NCBI RefSeq assembly: GCF_016433145.1
Contig: NC_058130.1
Span: 131,786,912 to 131,850,911 of the forward strand
DNA from: Gracilinanus agilis
Lineage: Eukaryota
Length of the DNA: 64,000 nucleotides
Direction of reading: 5' to 3'
The translations under genes were made by a program, and so were the position numbers. The notes below the pieces were generated by a model. That model was not told the DNA's origin and searched no databases. It worked only from the letters and a program-made list of their open reading frames with translations. This document shows positions 47,931 to 60,571 of this stretch, piece by piece. Each line of letters starts with the position of its first letter. Position 1 is the stretch's first letter.

Positions 47931-50900
47931 GCATGAAAAATTATCTAAAACATTTATGAATGTAAAAAGAGGTGTTGTGATCCTGTAGGAAGAGCAGGAA
48001 GATAATAGATGGACAGCCGAATACTATACTACTTTTTAAAAGACTAGTCAAAAGTATCCAGGGCACTAAATAGATGGAATTCTTTTGAATTTTAAATTGA
48101 AGGAATAAAAATGAATGTAAGCACTTATTATGTACCAAGCTTATGATAAATGTTAGGCATACAAATACAAAAGGGAAGACTGTCCTTGCCTTCAGAGAGC
48201 TTATATTCTAATGGAAAAACAAGGTATACAGGGGCATGATGGCCAGAAAGAAATCTTTTTATATGGAAATTTACAGGAATAGGGAGCTATTACAGTGGAG
48301 CTATAAGGGAATAAATTGACACATGTAAGGTGGATTTATATAAAGGACAGTAAGAGTAATACGGATTGAGAAGGCATAGATGGTTGCACTATCTGCCTAT
48401 GGTTGAACCACCTACATTGATGAGGTCACAGATCAAAATATGAGAAAGCCAAACTATAAATTCTCAGCCTCGATATATGTTCTTACTTTTTCGTGAATAG
48501 TACCCATTTAGCCAGTGCTAAGGGACTGCTTTCTGATAATGTAACAGAGCAAACTAGTTTCCATTTCCTAAACTATCAAAAAGAAAGAAGAAAATAAAAT
48601 GAAGTTGGGTTCCATGAAAGGAGCAAATGTCTCTAAACAACTCTAATTCTAGTTAGAATCTCTTACATATTAGATTTTACATATATGTATGTAAATATAC
48701 TTGTACATATAACATGTAATGTGTATGTCTATATAAACACATATCATATGTTGGAGTCTATGTTACATAGTCTAAATGTTCCTTCCTGGTCAAGTATTCT
48801 ATTACATTTTGAGGTCCCTTCTAGCTCAGAGATTGCTTTGCTTTTACTTGGCCCCAACTGGTAAAACTACTTTTACCATAGCCCTGGGTTCTAAAAACAA
48901 AGTAAGGACTAGGAGTAAGCAAGCTGAGGAAGTCACTGAGAGTATAACCTACAGGCATTCATAGCAATGGACCCTTTTTAATGCCACTACTTATAATGTA
49001 TATTTGATAATTGAAAATTTTATTGTGAATGAATGAATGAATGGAAAAGAAAACCTTTATTACCATGTGCCAAGTGCTGTGCTAAATTCCAAGGATATAA
49101 ATAGAAAAGTAAGACAGTCCCTACCTTCGCTATATGGAAGGTTTCAGCTGCAAGTTAGATGGAAAGGTTTCATGATCCTTAGGATGTCATTCCCATGGAT
49201 AAAATTATATCATTTTCTATGTTGAACCATTTGACAATATTGAGGACTTTGGTGGCAAGAACTTTCTTTTCTGGGTCTTTAGTAGCTATGGCTGCAGCAT
49301 CTGAAGAAGTATTTATTTGCTAGGCCATATCTCCAAAGGGTGTATAGTTAGAAAAAATCTTGAACCCTTGGACTCCATTTCCCAGAATATTTTCCTCATC
49401 CTCCAATTCCTTTTCCGTTTACGTGTGTCTTTACGTTATTGTTTATATAGTTCTATAACTCTTCCCTCTCTCTCTTTTTCCACGTGCAAGGCTGGGAAAG
49501 CAGGTTTCTTATTTCCTTTTTTACTTTAGTTATTAATACACTTTATAAAATATGCTACTTAGTTATTGCATATTAATTTTAATCTTTACAGGGTCTGCTT
49601 CCCAGGATGATGCCTGTGATCACTGGGCTGGAAGAACTGCTATTCCCAAGGCTCTTGGGTTCAGATTCCTGAACCGTCTCCCTGAGTCTGGGGAGATGGT
49701 GGTCAAGGTGGTAGTGATAGCTTGACTTGCCTGTTACATGTTGCTGCCTCCTTTCCCTCCCTCGGGGCACTTGTGGCTTTCACTAATCTGGCTTGCCTGC
49801 CCTGTGGGTGTCAATTGGTTGACAATTGGTGGAGATGGTTGTTCCCTTCTCTACAGGAGCTGCTTGCCTGGATGATGGTACTCTGAAGAGTGTAGGTGTT
49901 TGTTTTGTTACAAGCTAAATCACTAGTGTTACAATAAAATCTTAAAGCTTCTGGTTGATAATAATAACTGTAGCACCTGCCCTGCAGATACTTTTCCAAC
50001 CCAGATCTTAAACTCAGGGGCTTGAATGTTGGGGATTTTTGTGGGGAGAGGGGAGTGAAGGGATGTGACCACCACTTCTTGGCTTCAAAGGCTATTTCTA
50101 TGCGTTTCGATGTCTGAAACTATAGTACATGAGCCCCTACTCGCAAATTTCCCCTTGACAGCTAACAGACAAAATTAGTTTAAAATTACTCACTCTAAGA
50201 AGAAAAGCTACAAAATTTCCCCCATGAATTTGAAGCACACTCTTCTACCAACACACATGGTGTCCATGGGAAGAGTGGACACACATTTGGAATAGAATAG
50301 TGTTGAGACCCACATGTGTAGAATACTTGTGTTTCTGGTACTGCAGTGACTCAGTGCCATTTCTCTCCACATGGTGTCCTTGGGCAGCTCTCCCCTAAGG
50401 CATTGTTTTTGCTGGGCAGGCTGCCCAGTTAGGTTCACAGGGTCTGTTTCTTTCTGCCACCCTTGATTATTGGGGGTAATTCTCCCTTGAATCCAGAGTT
50501 AGCTCTCTTCTCCATGGCTAGGGGTCATTCTTGAAGCTACTGTTTCCCTCACATGATTGCCGCTCTGTGTTCCTGCCTGAACTAGAGTGTTTGTTTCTCT
50601 TCTCTCAACTGCACCTTGAACTCTCTCAAATGAATAAACTGCTGCTTATGCCTCCCACTGGGTCACTAGTTCTGCTAGTAGATACCATGGCCTAAGGTGG
50701 GGGGGAGAGAGAGAAAATCCCCTTCTTTGTCCCATTGCCCTCTGCAGGTGTAGACAAAGGGGTCCCTTCCATAAGGCACTGCCAGCCTAGACTAGAATGA
50801 CAGGCAAGCTGAGCTATTTAAAGGCCTTTGGGATGGTGACAATTTTTTTCTTAACCAGTAGCAAGGTTCCTTTTCTAATTCAATTAAGAAATTTTTTTTT

Positions 50901-51139
50901 GCTCTTAAGAGATCACTAGACCTTAGTTTAATACCTCATTATCAGTCCATTAATTTCTGTGACTACAATAACTAAGATGGGGAGGGGGTGGACCAAATCC
51001 CTCTACCTCCTTATATATGCAATCAACCAATCACAGCATGCCGGATACTAGGGATACGAATACCAAGGTTCTGAGAGGCCAAACTCTGGAAGAACCCACC
51101 ATTTAGGCAGAGGAAACGATATGCACATATATGGTTATA

Positions 51140-52130
51140 TCAATAATTAATCAACAAATAATTATTAAGTACCTACTATGTGCAGGGCACTGTGCTAAGG
51201 ACACATATATGTACAGAATAAATTTAAAGAGAATAAATACAAATTCAAGCAAAGTTGAATGCAATATAATTTGGAAAAATTAGGTGGCACAGCGGAGAGA
51301 GTGTCAGGCTTGGAGTCAAGAGAACCTGAGTTCAAATCTGGATTCACACACTTCTTAGCTGGACAAATCACTTAACCTCATTTTCCTAGGTCCCTTCTGT
51401 CTTAGAGGGGTTAGTAGGACAGAAAGTGAGTGTTTAAATAAGTAAATGCAATGTAGTTTAGGAGGGAGGGCATTAGCAGTTGAGTGTATGAGGAAAGGTT
51501 TCTTGTAGAAGGATGTGCTTGCTTGAGCTGTGTCTTGAGGGAAGAAACAGATTCTACAAGGCAGAAGAGAGAAGGAGCGTTTTCCAGGCATGAGGGACAG
51601 TGGATGCAAAAGCTCAGATAGGAGATGGAGTGCCATGTCTGAAAAGCAGCGCAAAGGTTTATGTGTCATAAAGCTGAGAGGGTGGGTTGGGGCCATGTTA
51701 TGATGGGCTCTACATGCTAAACAGAGGAGTCTATACTCCCCATGGCACAATGGAAAAACATTGGATTCAGAGATGGAAGACCTCAGTTCTAAATCCTACA
51801 ACTGCCTATCTGCTACTTACTATCTGTGTGCCCTTCTGTAAGGCCCTTACCTTCCCTTGGTCTCAGGGTTCTCATCTATAAAATGAGGGGGTTGGCCTAA
51901 AGGATCTCTAAGGTTCCTCCCAGCTTTCAATATGTGATATCATGACCTCAAAGGTCATAGGAAGCCACTGGAGCTTATTGAGTAATTTAATGAATGGCAT
52001 GGTCTGACCTAGACTTTGAGGGAAATCCCTTTTGCAGCTACATAGAGGATTGACTGGAATGGAGGGAGACTTGAGGCAGTGAAATCAATCGGGAGGCCAT
52101 TGCAATAATCTAGGCCAGAGATGACACAGT
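51140..52130 (-). mobile_element. L2 3' end and body with inserted MIR-type SINEs
   Basis: ttattaagtacctactatgtgcagggcactgtgctaagg at 51163. SINE pieces at about 51275-51400 and 51760-51930. Confidence 0.8.
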
Positions 52131-53709
52131 ATGATGTTCAAATCTTGCAAAGAGAATATACATCCCTTTTCTTGACTTTGGCCCTGAGCTATGTGGCACA
52201 GACGGTCACGGTTTGTAAAACAAAGCATAAACACAATTTTAAACAACTTGGGGCTTTATCCATAATACTTGCCATATGTGTGTACAACCTACAATGACAA
52301 ATTTATCAGAAGAAGATTTATCAGAAGATGCCATAACAATATGGCATAGTGGGCAGAATTTGGGATTTGGATTCAGCAATGGTTGAGTTTAAATCCTACT
52401 TCTGAGAAATACTAGCTATGTGACTCTTAACCTCTTAGTCTTAGGCAATTCTCCTGTGAATTGTTACTGATGAATCTCAGAGCTACATCAATGGAGGGGA
52501 TTTCCCTACTGGGAATTCTCTTCTCTGAGGAAATCACTACTTACTACCAAATTTCAGTACTTGCTTTATACATAAATCAGGATGTGTAAAGTCTATCTAG
52601 TTTACCAAGACAGAGAAAGACTGTTCTATATCTCAAAATTTTTCACCAATGCCTCAGCATGGAATCGAGGTGACTCTAGGTTCTCCAAAGCCATATCAGC
52701 CTAAAGGCAGGATCTGGGGGAATCTTATCAAGTTGGGAAGGCTTTGAGTAAGAATCTGGTGTCAGACTCTGTATTTGTCATCTGAAGACCAGTTTGATTC
52801 AGTGTAGAGATGCTCTTCATCAGAATGTTGGCCAAGTTATACTTTTCTTTTTCAGTCTCAAAAACTCATGAAAAATCATCTTCTAAATGTGGAAAGATTT
52901 TGCACCACATTAATCCACACTAATGAAACTGTGGCTCTTTGGAGGTTTTGTAATCAATCAGAGTGCTCTTTCCAGTCCCTACGTCTTGTCCTCCGAGGCC
53001 CCAGCACAGTGAGGATTTGATTCACCAAAGGAATTTACTCAAGGAAAGTAATAGTCGTATAGGGCTTGCTTGACTTTGATTCACAGGTTCCTGTGGGTCA
53101 ATGCTCTTAGAGTTCAATCAGATTCACAACATTATCAGGATGTTTTTTTTCCAATCTTTACTTCAGGGATGAATCCAGTGGCCTCTTTTTGTTTCCATTT
53201 GCTAAATAAGGTCTTAATACTGGTCACAAAAACCTGGGTTGCCAAATATTTGCTTTTCATGCATCAACATCCTTCCCATTTCTATTAAAGGCATTATTAA
53301 GATACCCGGTGGGTGTTTAGTACAAGACTCAGCAGTTACTTTGATGTTTTATTTCTCATGTTTCTATAACCTTGTATCCTCTGCCATTTGGCCTCAAGGT
53401 GTAGTAACTCCTAAAAATCCCCTGCACAGTCAAAACCATTTAATATCTATGAATTTTATTGAGAAGTTGCCTAAACTCCCACAAACTCTGGATATACGAG
53501 TCAGCAAAGCAAAGTATGGGGCAGTCCTAACTTTAATGCATGGGTTCAGGGCTGGGATGGAAGGACAAGGGACCATTTTTGGAGATTCTCAGATATTGGC
53601 TCAAAGCCCAGATATACACTGAGACATCAAATTCTCTTGTTGGAGGTGAAGTAACTTGTACTGTTTATAATTTCCATTAGGGTTTATTCTTTTTTATTAT
53701 TATTTAATT

Positions 53710-53840
53710 TAACCCTTACTTTCTGTTTTAGTAACAACTCTAAGACAGAAGGGCAAGGGCTAGTGTCTGAGGCCAGTTTTGAATCCTAAGCCATCCTCCT
53801 GACTCAGGGCCTGGCACTATGGCACCTCGCTGCTCTTAGG
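53710..53840 (-). mobile_element. Internally deleted opossum-type CORE SINE
   Basis: aacccttactttctgttttagtaacaactctaagacagaagggcaagggctag joined directly to tgtctgaggccagttttgaatcc. Confidence 0.8.
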
Positions 53841-54049
53841 TCCTATCTTTTCTGCCCCATCCTGATCACAACTCTTCCAAATCCAGAAAATCTCGATATT
53901 TCCTGGATTCTAATTCTGGCTTTGCCACTGAATCTCTCTGTGATTTTGAACAAGCCTCTGAACCTCAGTTTTCCTGCCTGTAAGATGAGAGGATTGTGCC
54001 ATATGGTGGAGAGCGTTCTTATTAAGCACACCACTATTCTTCCAGTCAC

Positions 54050-54520
54050 CCCAGTTGGTAACTTCTGAGCCCTACTTTGACTGTTGACTCTTCTTAATTC
54101 ACTGCCAAGTCTTGGCAATTCTAATTCTACCACGTCTACCCAATCTCCTTTCTACTCACAAGTAAACCATCTCAATCAGGCCTTCATCACCCCTTCTCTG
54201 ATTATTACAACATCCTCAATAGTTGGACTTCTAACTTTCAGTCTCTCCTCTCTCCAATCCGTCTTCCTCAGTGCTGCCAAAATAATCTTTCTAAAGAAAA
54301 AATCTTTCTATCTGATTACCTCACTCTGATGAATCTTCAATGACTCCCAGTTGCCTCGAGGTTAACAAATCTTTCTGTTTGGCATTTAAAATCTTTTAAA
54401 ATCTGGCTCCAGGCTACCTTTCCAGAATTAGTGCACTTTATTCTTTCACATCCTCCATGCTGTAGGTAAATGGGACTTCATTTGCTGTTCCCTGTACATG
54501 ATGCACCATTTCCTAATCTC
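54050..54520 (+). mobile_element. L2 fragment
   Basis: ttcactgccaagtcttg...aggccttcatcacc...ctctccaatccgtcttcctcagtgctgccaaaataatctttctaaag. Confidence 0.82.
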
Positions 54521-57044
54521 ACTCCAAATTCTGACTAAATAATAACAATAACTCACATTTACATGGCACTTTAAGACTAATCAATTAAATTCCTCAGAAC
54601 TACTCTGAAAGGGTAAATATAAAGAACAGAACAAATTAATGGAAAGGCCATTGGATCTGAAGTTAGAAGACTTGTGGAGAAATCTCACATCTGTTATCCA
54701 TTACCTGTGTGTAAAAACTGACTTAGAAAAATTGACTAAGTTCTCTGGGCTTCATCTGTGAAATGAAAAGGTTGATTTAGATAATTTTTAAGGTTCCTTC
54801 CAGTTCAAAAATTTAATGTCCTATGATTCTAACTCACTGGATAATGTTAATAAAATCTCCTCTTTAAGCTACAATTTTATCCTTTATAAAATGAGGGAAT
54901 TAGCCTACATAGTCTTTGAGGTCTCTTGTAATTACAATTTTCTTTGATTCTCTGACTGTATATATCTTCTGTAGCCTGGCAGTGATGAGTATTTTAAATC
55001 CAATGGAATGGGATATACTCAGGATGCTTGGGTTAAAAAAAACAAATAGGGAGAACAGAACTCAAGAGTAACTAGAAAAGCAAGAAAAGGCTGTATTCAC
55101 AGAATGACAAAGACTGAAAGCTAGGCAGCATGTCAGAAGTCATCTGAATAAGAACCTCCTACCACATACTAACAGGTGTCACCTACTCTCAGTCTTTTGA
55201 AGCTTCCTTCAAATAGATTCACTTATTCATTAGATTCACTTATTTATTCATTAAACATTCAAATACTCATCACATTGTGCTTGGGATTAGGAGAGATACA
55301 AATATAAATTTAAGTATAGTTACTGCCCTCAAGGAGCACAAAATAAAGTAACTACATGATTGATTACTTTGGGGCCATCAATTAGGATGGAGCAAAGCCA
55401 AGTGAAAAAGATGTAATTCAGTAACGTTATGTGAATGTAGGTTGAAAGCTAAGTTTAGCTACAATTTTGGCTATCAGGCTACCACCCCAGTAAGTTGTGG
55501 GAAGAAAGTTGGAATGGCTAACCATTCCAGGAGAGAAAAAGTAGTTCATATAAGTTTGAGATTATTCTTCTATTCCGCCATTTGCAATTTGGATTTGTAG
55601 ATCTTTGTGCTAATAATCAGACCAAGTTTCTCTCATCTAACTCTCATCCCACTCCTCCATTACACACCTGCACATTCTGATGTTGACATCTTTCAAATAT
55701 TTATAGAATCTGATTATCTATATTTATAGAATGCCCCCTTCTTTTTCACTTTGCTATGCTCTCCCAATTTAGATGCTTTAATATTTCCTTATTATTCATG
55801 CCCTTAATGCTCCATCCCTCCTCCTTTCCCCTACAGTTCCCCCTCCTCACATACACACACATCCTTCTTCAGTTATATTCATGGAGGTCTGTCTTCCAAT
55901 CCATCTCTTCTTCCTTAGACATCTCAGAGGCTCCCAAAGTCTCATTTTGTAAGTAAGGAAACTGAGCCCCAAGCAGGGTGACTTACCTGGAATCACACAG
56001 GCAATACTCCCCAGATGTGGGATTTGAACCCCAAATCCTGACCTTGGAACCAATGCTCTTTCCTCTGTACCAGGCTGTCTCCTGGTCAAAATTGAACCAG
56101 ATCTCCAGCTTTGATTTCAGTTTGGCTGTCTTCACCATGCTATTAGAATTTTAGTCATCTCAGCATCATTCTCACCTCATGGATAAAAAAATAGATTTCC
56201 TTCAAGAAGGCTTTAAATCAGGGCTGTCCCAAAATGAAACAGGCTGCCTTTCTCTTCACTAATATTAAACTAGGACTGGATTACCAGCCATCAGGATGGG
56301 TTCTTGTGAGGAAATTGTTGTTTGGGTAAGAAGATTGGAATAAAGACTCATAAGGACTCTTCCAATTCTAGAAGATTCTAATATTCTTTCATTTTATAAT
56401 TCTGTAATCCTCAATTCCAAATGAGGCAGGCTTTGAGATTCATTCATGTTTTTTTAATGAAATACTTTAATCTTTTAATTCTCTGGACTCCACTGTAGTA
56501 GGTTCCCAGGGAATATTCTTCTTCAAAGCAAAACATATCCCAGTCCCTCAGGTTCCCACAAAGAAAAAAAAAAACACAAACTCTACTGGCATTACATGGA
56601 AAGAATTATTCCCCTTTGCTTCCCAATAGGTTGGGTCTGGTTTTGCTGTCCCAATTCACATTGACATTAATTTTGCCACATCACATCACATATTACCATC
56701 ACATCAAACCCAGTTTTAGGTCTTTTCTGCTCAATGGCATACTATATAGTATTTCCCCTTAAGCATCCCTTAAGCATATAATCCCTTTCTCTCCAAAGCC
56801 AATAACACTGAATTCCTGCCCATCGGGAGACTAATGTCCAGTCACTTGAGGCTGTCCAGCCATTGAAATTGTCCAAAAGTTGAATTAGAGGTGGGATAGA
56901 AAGGGGGAAATGTCACATCCAAGGGGTTAGGAGACCCTTCTCTCTGTAACTTTGTCTTCCAACTGAGAAGACTGTTGGTTGAGAGAAATCTAAAGGTGTC
57001 ACACTAACAGAGCTTGAGTGACAAGGTCCTTTAAGATTCAGAGA

Positions 57045-57257
57045 ATAGGGGGCACCTGGGTGGCTCAGTGGATTGAGAGCCAGGTCCAGAGATAGGAGGT
57101 CCTAGGTTCAAATCTGGCCTCAGACTCTTCTTAACTGTGTGACCCTGAGTAAGTCACTTAATCCCCATTGCCTAACCCTTACCACTCTTCTGCCTTGAAC
57201 CCAATATCTAATATTGATTTCTAAGATGGAAGGTAAGGGTTTTAAAACTTGTTTTAA
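57045..57257 (+). mobile_element. Opossum-type CORE SINE
   Basis: ggggcacctgggtggctcagtggattgagagccagg...ggtaagggttttaaaac. TSD aagattcagaga at 57033-57044 and 57258-57269. Confidence 0.93.
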
Positions 57258-57579
57258 AAGATTCAGAGAGTACAATCATGAAAGGACTGTGGCTGGCCAG
57301 GAAGGGATGAACTACTCCATTGAGTATGCCATATACAAAGAAGTTTTGTCACCATAATTTACCCTCTTCAAAGAGCTTCTGGCTGTTGTCAGACTGACAG
57401 TGGCTTTGCTACTCTGCTTAAATGATTGTGACTTAGCTTACTGACTATGCCCCTGACTGTTCTCCATCTGTTGCTTGGCTCACCCATCCCAGTATGGAGC
57501 TTTGTCCTGTCCCTGATCTGCCCCTCTTTTTATCTCAGCTTGGAACTTGCTGGCTTCATCCCACAGTTACTCGTATAAT

Positions 57580-58080
57580 CAAGCCCTGTCGTTACCAGCT
57601 GCTGCTTTGCTTGTATTCAACTAAAATGTCCAGGTCTTTTCCACATGAATTGTTATTAAACCAGATCTGACCCGTCCTATGCTTGGAGAGTTGATTATTT
57701 GAGCCTAAATGCAAGGATTTAAATTTAGCCCTATTAAATTTCATCTTGTTGATTTTGGCTCATCATTCTAGCCTGTCAAAAGCCTTTTGAATTCTTACTC
57801 TATCATTCAACATATTAGCTCTGTGTCATCTTCAGATTTGTTAAACATGTCTATCAACAGACTTTGAGTATAGCTTCCCACCAACTGGAAATTCATCTAA
57901 CTGGACTATTCTCTTTAATTCTCCAACTTGTCCATAAGATTATCATGAGAGGTGTTGTCATATGCCTAGTTCCAACCATTCTCTAAGTAAAACCCAGCAT
58001 ATCTATCCAAAAAAGGAACTGAAGTTAGTCTGGCCTAACTTGTTCTTACCGGACCCTATGCTGACTCCTAGTGATCATTA
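57580..58080 (-). mobile_element. L3/CR1 fragment
   Basis: ccctattaaatttcatcttgtt...gtgtcatcttcagatttg...gaactgaagttagtctggcctaacttgttctt. Confidence 0.85.
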
Positions 58081-58129
58081 TTTTCCTTTCTAAGTGCCTA
58101 ATAATCTCTAGAATTCTGCCTGTGTTGAT

Positions 58130-58740
58130 AGAGGTACCATCTTCCATTCAGTTGTCAAAAGGATCTTCCTTAAAACAAAGGCTTGACAATGCCAACTCTA
58201 TACTCACTAAATTCCAATGGCTCCCTAATACCTTCAGAATCAAATATATAATCTTCCATGTTCAACGGCCTACATAATCTGCCACCCCCATCTTTCTCTT
58301 CTTATACCTTAAACTTCCCCCACCTCTAACCCCCACTGGCATACTCTTTGATCCTGTAACATTTACTTTCCTGCCTTTCCTAGAACAAGATTCTCCATCT
58401 CCCAACTGTGGGCATTTTTACTGGCTGTCTTCTAAGCATGGAATGCTAACTCTCCTCACTTCTACCTCCCAGCCTCCCTTGTTTCCTTCAAATCCTGCAA
58501 AAAATCCCTCTTTCTAAGGAAGCCTCTTAATTCTTAAGCCGGCTCTGTCTTAATTCTAGTACCTTCCCTCTGTTGACTATTTCCAGTTTACCCTGGATAC
58601 AGCGTATTTGTACATAATTGCTTGTGTGTTGTCTTCTCCATCAGACCGTGAGCTCCTTTAGTGTTTTTGCCTGTCAAAATTGCTCTGTACTAGCACAGTG
58701 CCTGGCACATAGTAGATACTTAATACACACGCTCAATGAC
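58130..58740 (+). mobile_element. Marsupial-type L2 3' end
   Basis: ttccaatggctccctaataccttcagaatcaaatat...tagcacagtgcctggcacatagtagatacttaata. Confidence 0.88.
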
Positions 58741-60571
58741 AGTTTGGCAGAACTAAGCCTGTGTTTCTAAGTCATGAACCAGAGAGATACTAGCTAGAGG
58801 TAGTTAGAAGGTGGGTGGCTATATTCATAATATTTTTTCTGGTTGCCTTTTGTATGTATAAGGATAATTTATAAGGATATCCCAGTTGCCTTTTTTGCTA
58901 ATAAGGATAAGTTATAACCTTAGGGAGAGGTACTCAACAGTTTACATTTTTATTGCCCTTTATGATTTAAAAGCCATTTCCTCATAATAACTGACAGGTA
59001 GAATAGGTATTATATTCATTTTTTAGATAAGGAAACTGAGGCTCAAGAAGCCTGTGATAAATCCTAGAGATAGGAAGTAGTAAGACTGAGACAGAGAAGC
59101 AGGTTTTCTGATTGCTAATCCACAGTTCTTTTTACTCCACCAAATCATGAACTCTGTAATCATAGCTTATGCTCACGTAGGATTTAAAAGGTTTACAGGG
59201 CTTATTAAATACCCAATTGCATTTGAGCTCCTCTACAGCTCCATAAGGTGATACAGCATCACATAGATGTTATTTATTATTATTTAGCAAATACTTATAA
59301 TGAAGTGTATATGATGTGAAAAGTCTTATGGTAGGAACTGGTCATATAAGAATGAAATAAGACATAATCAGAAGCCCCCCATGAAGCTTACATCCCAGTA
59401 TAGGAGGGGGTATGACATGTATTTGTGCTGAAATTCTTATCTCAGTTATCAATATTGGGTTTCGTATTTCAGACAACCATAAAAGGACAACAACAGGAAG
59501 AATATTCATTCATCCTCTACTACATAGCCATTTCTGAGCCAAATGAGTTAAGATATTTGTGGGAGGACTTTGAGCTCTTTATAAGAAAATAAAGAAATAA
59601 ATACACAATACAGCCCAGCTAAGCTGCAGCAGGATACTCAGCATGACAGGGAAATAAAATTTGATGGACCTTTTGCATAATGTTAGTTATAAACGTTTAA
59701 AGTAATATTTTGCACACAGCAATAATCTCCTGCTTGGTGATCAGGACCTGTGCTGATGGGGAGGGCCAAATAATGGCACCAGGCAGTGATGACATCTTCC
59801 TTACCAGAAAGAGGAGGAAAGGCTCAATTCTCTTCAAGTCTCTTCAAACAATTGTGATTTTTTTTATCCTCTGGGTTAAACAGGGGAGGTAAATTTCTAA
59901 ATGTTGGGAATGTGGAATTAATGCTGGCATTTTAAAAAGGCAGGTTTTCAGTGAGCAGCCAAGTTTATGCTTCTGAACCAGGCTTAGCTCACAAGCGTGC
60001 ACACCAAGGAGATTCTCTTCCCCTTTTCTCTTGTTAAATGTGCCACTGTAATATATGCTTGTTCCTGTGTGGAATGGTAAGGCCATAAAATATAAGGCAC
60101 GCACCACCCAGCCCACTGATGGTGGAGCTTAGAGCCTCTGCTCTGGCATTTCCTGACGTTAATGTAATTGATTTTCACCCTGAATATTGCTGGAATGTCG
60201 GCTTTGTAATGAATATGGAAATGGGACAGATGTGTAGGAACTCACGTACTACCAGTAGACTTTGGGATTTGGATAATGTGGGTGTTTTCTAAAAGCCACA
60301 TTGCATAAACTACTGGGGCCAAGAATTCTGTGCACAGCAGCCTAGAAAGGTTCCTTTCTAGGTGGTGCTAAGAGATCCTAAGGGCTGAGTGCCAAGGCAA
60401 AGGCAAAGGCCAAGTTTGAGCTGCTGACTAACTTTCATTAGCTTCTTGGGGGACAGTGTGATCTAATGTGAAATCTGGTTCTGCTCTTTCCTAGCTGTGG
60501 GATAGCTTGGACATGTCATGCTACCATCTCTGGGCTTGATTTCCTTTCTTTAAAACAAAGGGGCTGTTTTC

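Noticed and set aside
50027-50690. Possible solo LTR (tgttgggg... aataaa ...atacca)
   Set aside because: No matching target-site duplication at the candidate ends.
52301-55255. Short tandem duplications (atttatcagaaga at 52301 and 52316; tagattcacttatt near 55214-55245)
   Set aside because: Ordinary replication-slippage duplications.
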